In this document: one piece after another, positions 59,721 through 64,000 of the stretch | How positions within the stretch are numbered: position 1 is the stretch's first letter | How the letters are laid out: the number at the start of each line of letters is the position of its first letter | From: Microbacterium sp. | Lineage (GTDB): Bacteria; Actinomycetota; Actinomycetes; Actinomycetales; Microbacteriaceae | Assembly (NCBI RefSeq): GCF_035687345.1 | Contig: NZ_DASRXZ010000124.1 | Span: 110-64,109 of the forward strand | DNA: 64,000 nt | Direction: 5' to 3' | Made by a program: the position numbers and the translations under genes | Notes under the pieces: model-generated | Databases searched by the model: none | The model's input: the letters and a program-made list of their open reading frames with translations, nothing else | Told to the model about the DNA's origin: nothing

Positions 59721-61283
59721 CTACTCCCAGAAGCCCAGGTTGAACAGCAGCTGGTCAGCGAGCGCCAGGAAGCCGTCCGCCTCTTCAGCGGTCAGCTTGC
59801 CGTTGCTCGCGAACGCGTTCACCTGGTCGACGAAGCCGCCCAGCACCTCGAGGGCCTCGTCGTTCTTGTCTTTGGCGACGAGGTTGTAGGCCTGGTTGAG
59901 CTTCACGGTCAGGGCGTTCTTGTTCCCGCCGTTCAGGCTCGTGGCGGCCACGCCGTCCTTCAACTGGCCGATCTCGTCCGCGATGAACTTCTCCGGCTGC
60001 CACAGGTAGTCGCGCGCGAAGATCGTGAACAGCTGGTTCCACGCGTTGAAGTCGTGCGCACCTGCCACCACGACGTTCTCGACGAACGCGACCGCATCGC
60101 GCTGGGCGACCTGGTTCGCGTTGGGCAGACCGAAGTCCCATGCCCCGCCGCCATACAGGATGTACGGGGCCGCGAGGTTCGGCGCCGCCACCTGGACGCT
60201 GACGCCGCCGCTCCACGGGCCGTACCAGCCGAACAGCGTGGGATCGAAGTTGATGATGTTCTGTGTCACGAACGATCCCGCCGACAGGCCGGCGAATGCG
60301 CGGTCGATCGGCTTCGTCGAGACGTTGTAGTTCTCCTCGACGAACGGCATCACGATGTTGCGCAGGTTGGGGTAACCCTGGTTCGCTGCGCCCAGGTAGT
60401 TCGTGTTCGTCGTGATGACGACCGCCGGCTCGGTGAGGCCGTCGGCGAGCAGGTTGTCCATGATCACCGGCACGTCGCCGATGTTCATCCAGTCGGACTG
60501 GTCCTGACCGCCGCCGTGCTGCATGTAGATGAGCTTGTACGGCTCGGCGCGGTTCTCGTCGTAGCCCGGAGGCAGGTACACGCCGATCGTGCGCGGGATG
60601 CCGTTCAGCGGAGGCAGGCTCGGGATCTCGACGTAGCTCCACGTGCCCTTCGCGGTGTCGGGGCGCTCGTTCTCGATCTCGCGGGCCGCCAGCGGAGCGT
60701 AGTTCTGCTTCTCCGCGTCATAGGGCACGTACACCTTGTTGAACGCGCGGCGCGCCGTTCCCGTGAGGCCGTCCGGAGCGTAGATCGGCGAGTTCGCCGG
60801 ATCCGTCACCCACAGGTTCGTGTTGTTGTTGACGTAGAACCAGTACTGGTTGACGCCGGCCGCGAGCGGCACGTCGTGCACCCAGTACCCGTCGCCGACG
60901 GGGGTCATCTCGACGTCGTAGGCGCCGCCGCCGCGCATGAGGCCCGGACGATACTCGGACGGCTGATAGACCGTCGTGTCGCTCGGGTCCTCCCAGTTGC
61001 GCAGCAGGATGTCCGCGACGAAGCGGACGCTCGTGGCATCCGGGTTGTAGTAGACGAAGTGCCCCGTGTAGCCGGTGGGGGAGTTCTCGTCCTTGACGAT
61101 CGTGGGCCCCGGAGTGAGGTCCACGTCGTCGGCTTGAGCGGCAAGCGGCGCCGAGCTCAGCACCATCGCCAGCGCGACACCGACAGCGGTGAACGGCCGC
61201 GCGAGGCGGGAGCGGCGCCGCTCGGCGCCGGCGTCTATCGAGGCGCCTGCGCCCCGATTCCGCCGCAGCAGAACTGTCATCAC
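59721..61283 (-). CDS. Secreted multi-domain esterase (Ig-like N domain, CE1-like alpha/beta hydrolase, C-terminal helical module)
   Basis: Signal peptide ending AQA, YLPPGY, GLSAG nucleophile elbow, HDFNAW. Confidence 0.8.
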   Translation of the reverse strand: MMTVLLRRNRGAGASIDAGAERRRSRLARPFTAVGVALAMVLSSAPLAAQADDVDLTPGPTIVKDENSPTGYTGHFVYYNPDATSVRFVADILLRNWEDPSDTTVYQPSEYRPGLMRGGGAYDVEMTPVGDGYWVHDVPLAAGVNQYWFYVNNNTNLWVTDPANSPIYAPDGLTGTARRAFNKVYVPYDAEKQNYAPLAAREIENERPDTAKGTWSYVEIPSLPPLNGIPRTIGVYLPPGYDENRAEPYKLIYMQHGGGQDQSDWMNIGDVPVIMDNLLADGLTEPAVVITTNTNYLGAANQGYPNLRNIVMPFVEENYNVSTKPIDRAFAGLSAGSFVTQNIINFDPTLFGWYGPWSGGVSVQVAAPNLAAPYILYGGGAWDFGLPNANQVAQRDAVAFVENVVVAGAHDFNAWNQLFTIFARDYLWQPEKFIADEIGQLKDGVAATSLNGGNKNALTVKLNQAYNLVAKDKNDEALEVLGGFVDQVNAFASNGKLTAEEADGFLALADQLLFNLGFWE

Positions 61284-61345
61284 TGTTCCTCCTTGAATAG
61301 TGGCGGGCCTCGACCAAGCCCGTTTGAGCGTCAGGGTATTGACGA

Positions 61346-61384
61346 TTTACGACGTTGTAAAGAGAATTCTTACGACGTTGTAAA
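61346..61384. promoter_or_regulatory. Two LacI-type operators upstream of the esterase
   Basis: TTTACGACGTTGTAAA and CTTACGACGTTGTAAA, 23 bp apart. Confidence 0.72.
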
Positions 61385-61475
61385 TCCGGTCGTCCGGCGT
61401 GATGACCGGTATTCGGCGGTGCCTTCGGAGGGCGTGGGAGGGGATGCCGCAGCCCCTGACGCGGCATCCGTCGAC

Positions 61476-62321
61476 TCAGTCCAGCGGATCGGCCTCGAGG
61501 TCGCGCACGTGGTAGAACTCCTGGTCCCACAGGAGGTACACGAGCCACGCCGGGAGGTAGTACGCCTCCTGCAGGAAGTTCGCCTGCGACGCGTGGATCG
61601 CCCAGCCCTCGTGCTTCTTGCCGACCTCGGCCGACATCGCGTACTCGGGGTCGGGCTGGTTCTCGACGACGAACGTGCCCACCTCGCCACCGAAGATCGA
61701 AAGGGCGGTCGTCGGGCTGATCGTGTACACGATGTGGTCGGGGCCGCGATAGGACCCGCCCTCCTCGGCGAGCTGCGCGATCGCGAGCTCGGTGATGCGA
61801 CCCATCTGCATGTGATCGGGGTGCCCGGTCGCGCCCGACTCGGGCCAGAACGCGACGACGACGTCGGGCCGCACACGCTTCATGACGGATGCCACGCGGT
61901 CGACGAGCTCCTCCTCGTCGACGTCGGCCACACCGCCGTCGGGGTAGTCCCACACCTCGTGCTCGTCGACGCCGAGGTTGAAGCTGTTCTTGAGCGCCTC
62001 GGCCTTGCGGATGTCGCCGAGATCGTCCTGTCGTGCGACCACCGGCGTCTGGTGGCCGGCCTCGCCCTGCGTCGCGGTGATCATCGCGGTGTAGGCGCCG
62101 TCATGCTCATTCGCGCGCCAGAAGAGTCCGTTGACGGTCTGCTCGTCATCGGGGTGGGCGAACACGCCGAGCACGCGCGTTCCGCCGAGCTCGCCGACCA
62201 CCGAGTCGACGCCCTTCGCGGTCGGCATGTGGAAGAGGTGGCGGCCCGCCCAGTACGCGCCCGCGAGGAGGACGACGAGGACGGACGCGACGACGATGAG
62301 CGCGATCCAGCGCTTGCGCAT
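61476..62321 (-). CDS. PIG-L family deacetylase with N-terminal signal anchor
   Basis: MRKRWIALIVVASVLVVLLAGAYW; AHPDDE, TQGEAG, HPDH. Confidence 0.85.
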   Translation of the reverse strand: MRKRWIALIVVASVLVVLLAGAYWAGRHLFHMPTAKGVDSVVGELGGTRVLGVFAHPDDEQTVNGLFWRANEHDGAYTAMITATQGEAGHQTPVVARQDDLGDIRKAEALKNSFNLGVDEHEVWDYPDGGVADVDEEELVDRVASVMKRVRPDVVVAFWPESGATGHPDHMQMGRITELAIAQLAEEGGSYRGPDHIVYTISPTTALSIFGGEVGTFVVENQPDPEYAMSAEVGKKHEGWAIHASQANFLQEAYYLPAWLVYLLWDQEFYHVRDLEADPLD

Positions 62322-62430
62322 GAGGGGACTCCGAGTGGTGCTGGGGCGACCCGTCGGCCGTGACGGGTCGAGGAATCCTAAACCGAACGGCCGGCATCGT
62401 CGCGCCGGCTGTGGATGGGTGCAGCGCCTG

Positions 62431-62494
62431 TGTAAAGAATTCTTGACACGATTGACCACGCGCGGCTACGGTTCGATGTAAAGAAAACCTGACA
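62431..62494 (+). promoter_or_regulatory. Promoter with two 18-bp operator-like sites
   Basis: TGTAAAGAATTCTTGACA (62431) and TGTAAAGAAAACCTGACA (62477); TTGACA-N18-TACGGT. Confidence 0.7.
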
Positions 62495-62509
62495 TCGAAG
62501 GAGCCGGCG

Positions 62510-62944
62510 ATGGTTTACGAAGAGCGCAACACGTGGGCGGGCCTCATCGTGATGGCGATCGTGATACCCGCGTACATCGTCGTGGTGCTGCAGACGGCCG
62601 GCGGTGGCCCGCTGACGGACGTCGACTGGTGGCCGATCATGCTGTGGACGATCGTCGCCGGCATCGTGCTGACGATCCTCGTGAGCATCGCGTGGGGAAT
62701 CATCGCCGGCATGCGGGATCCCGACGGGGTCGGGAAGTCCGACCAGCGCGACCGCGACATCGCGCACATGGGCGAGCGCGTGGGCACGGCGTTCCTCGTG
62801 CTGGGCGGTCTCGCGGTGATCGTGCTGTGCGCGTTCGAGGCGGACTGGTTCTGGATCGCCAACGCGATGTTCTTCGGGTTCGCGATCTCGAGCTTCGTCG
62901 GCGGGATCGCGCGCGTGATCGCCTACCGACGCGGACTCGTGTGA
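62510..62944 (+). CDS. Four-TM membrane protein of unknown function
   Basis: Hydrophobic segments, DQRDRDI loop, AAGGAG RBS. Confidence 0.8.
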   Translation: MVYEERNTWAGLIVMAIVIPAYIVVVLQTAGGGPLTDVDWWPIMLWTIVAGIVLTILVSIAWGIIAGMRDPDGVGKSDQRDRDIAHMGERVGTAFLVLGGLAVIVLCAFEADWFWIANAMFFGFAISSFVGGIARVIAYRRGLV

Positions 62945-63165
62945 TGGTCAAGCCCACGCGCGTCACGAACTCGATCCGCCCGCTGCGCGAGGAGGCGGGT
63001 CTCACGCAGGCCGAGCTGGCGAAGCGCATCGGAGTCACCCGCCAGACCCTCATCGCGATCGAACAGGGGAAGTACTCGCCCACGCTCGAGCTCGCGTTCC
63101 AGATCTCACGCGTCTTCGGGGTGGGTCTCGACGACGTCTTCCAGTACCCGGAGGAGACCCCATGA
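62944..63165 (+). CDS. Cro/C1-type HTH regulator (73 aa)
   Basis: LTQAELAKRIGVTRQTLIAIEQGKYSPTLELAFQI. Confidence 0.92.
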   Translation: MVKPTRVTNSIRPLREEAGLTQAELAKRIGVTRQTLIAIEQGKYSPTLELAFQISRVFGVGLDDVFQYPEETP

Positions 63166-64000
63166 ACACGGATGCCGCAACCACGCGCGCCTGGATCCAG
63201 CCCGCCTACGGCGGCCCCGAGGTCCTCGAGCAGCGCACGATCGACCCTCCCGCGCCCGGCAAGGGGGAGGTGCTCGTGCGGGTGCGCGCGACGGCCCTCA
63301 ACTCGGCCGACGCGAAGATTCTGCGCGGCAAGCCGGGCGTGCTCCGGCTCGGGTTCGGCCTGCGGCGCCCCCGCAATCCCGTGCGCGGGATGGACGTCGC
63401 GGGCACCATCGTCGCTGTCGGTGAGGGCGTCGACGAGTCGCATCTCGGCGACGAGGTCGTCGGCGAGATCTCCGGCGGCGGGGGAGGCCTCGCGACGCAC
63501 ACCGTGACCCGGTTCGACCGCGTCGTGCCTCGCCCCGCGGAGATCGACGCGGTGACTGCTGCCGCCGTGCCCCTCGCGGGCGGAACGGCGTGGCAGGCGC
63601 TGCGCCTCGCCGGGGTGGGCGCCGGCAGCCGCGTGCTCGTGATCGGGGCATCCGGCGGTGTCGGCACCTACACCGTGCAGCTCGCAGCCCGCTCCGGCGC
63701 CGAGGTGTGGGCGCTGTGCGGCGAGCGGAACCGTGCGCTCGTCGAGAGGCTCGGCGCCACGCGCACGTTCGACTACCGCACGAACGGTCCCGAGTCGCTC
63801 CCGGAAGGGACGTTCGACGCGGTGATCGACATCGCGGGCAAGGCTCCGCTGCGGGTGGTGCAGCACCTCGTGCGCGAGGGCGGGTGCGTCGTGATGGTCG
63901 GCGGAGAGGGCGATGGGCCGTTCGGGCCGATCGGGCGGATGCTGCACGCCCTGTTCCGGTCGATCGGCTCGAAGCGGCGCTTCCGCCCGTTCGCGGCGCG
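63162..64000 (+). CDS. NAD(P)-dependent MDR-family oxidoreductase, 3' end runs off window
   Basis: Manual translation: YGGPEVLE...VRVRATALNSAD...GMDVAG...VLVIGASGGVGTYTVQLA. Confidence 0.88.
   Translation, partial: MNTDAATTRAWIQPAYGGPEVLEQRTIDPPAPGKGEVLVRVRATALNSADAKILRGKPGVLRLGFGLRRPRNPVRGMDVAGTIVAVGEGVDESHLGDEVVGEISGGGGGLATHTVTRFDRVVPRPAEIDAVTAAAVPLAGGTAWQALRLAGVGAGSRVLVIGASGGVGTYTVQLAARSGAEVWALCGERNRALVERLGATRTFDYRTNGPESLPEGTFDAVIDIAGKAPLRVVQHLVREGGCVVMVGGEGDGPFGPIGRMLHALFRSIGSKRRFRPFAA

Noticed and set aside
1-64000. Prophage, integrase, transposase, toxin-antitoxin of known type, tRNA or rRNA genes
   Set aside because: No diagnostic motifs or structures found by eye.

Overview
High-GC (about 70%, by eye) actinobacterial chromosome segment; gene content and repeats point to Microbacteriaceae (Microbacterium-like). 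About 59 CDS are supported. I found no rRNA, tRNA, CRISPR array, integrase/transposase or prophage gene. Layout: housekeeping and membrane genes (DUF4192-like, cls, rlmN, two ABC exporters); a propionate/branched-chain acyl-CoA block (GntR-prpDBC, pntAB, acyl-CoA dehydrogenase-mmsB, enoyl-CoA hydratase, etfBA plus a di-heme cytochrome b); a two-component system; cofE; putA; a DEDDh exonuclease plus unknown-protein pair; and a LacI-controlled sugar locus (tetrulose kinase/isomerase module, ABC transporter, GH51, GH5, secreted esterase). Strongest novelty candidates: (1) a 444-aa unannotated protein with a Pol-beta nucleotidyltransferase signature in a two-gene unit with a DEDDh exonuclease; (2) a di-heme cytochrome b coupled to etfBA, with a thrice-repeated RRGLPRxxGGEPWPP motif; (3) a probable 3-keto-aldonate decarboxylation route to erythrose-4-P; (4) several dispersed repeat families, some read in-frame inside proteins, and a highly iterated GGATGCC/GGCATCC motif. 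Functions come from motif recognition by eye; no database searches were run.
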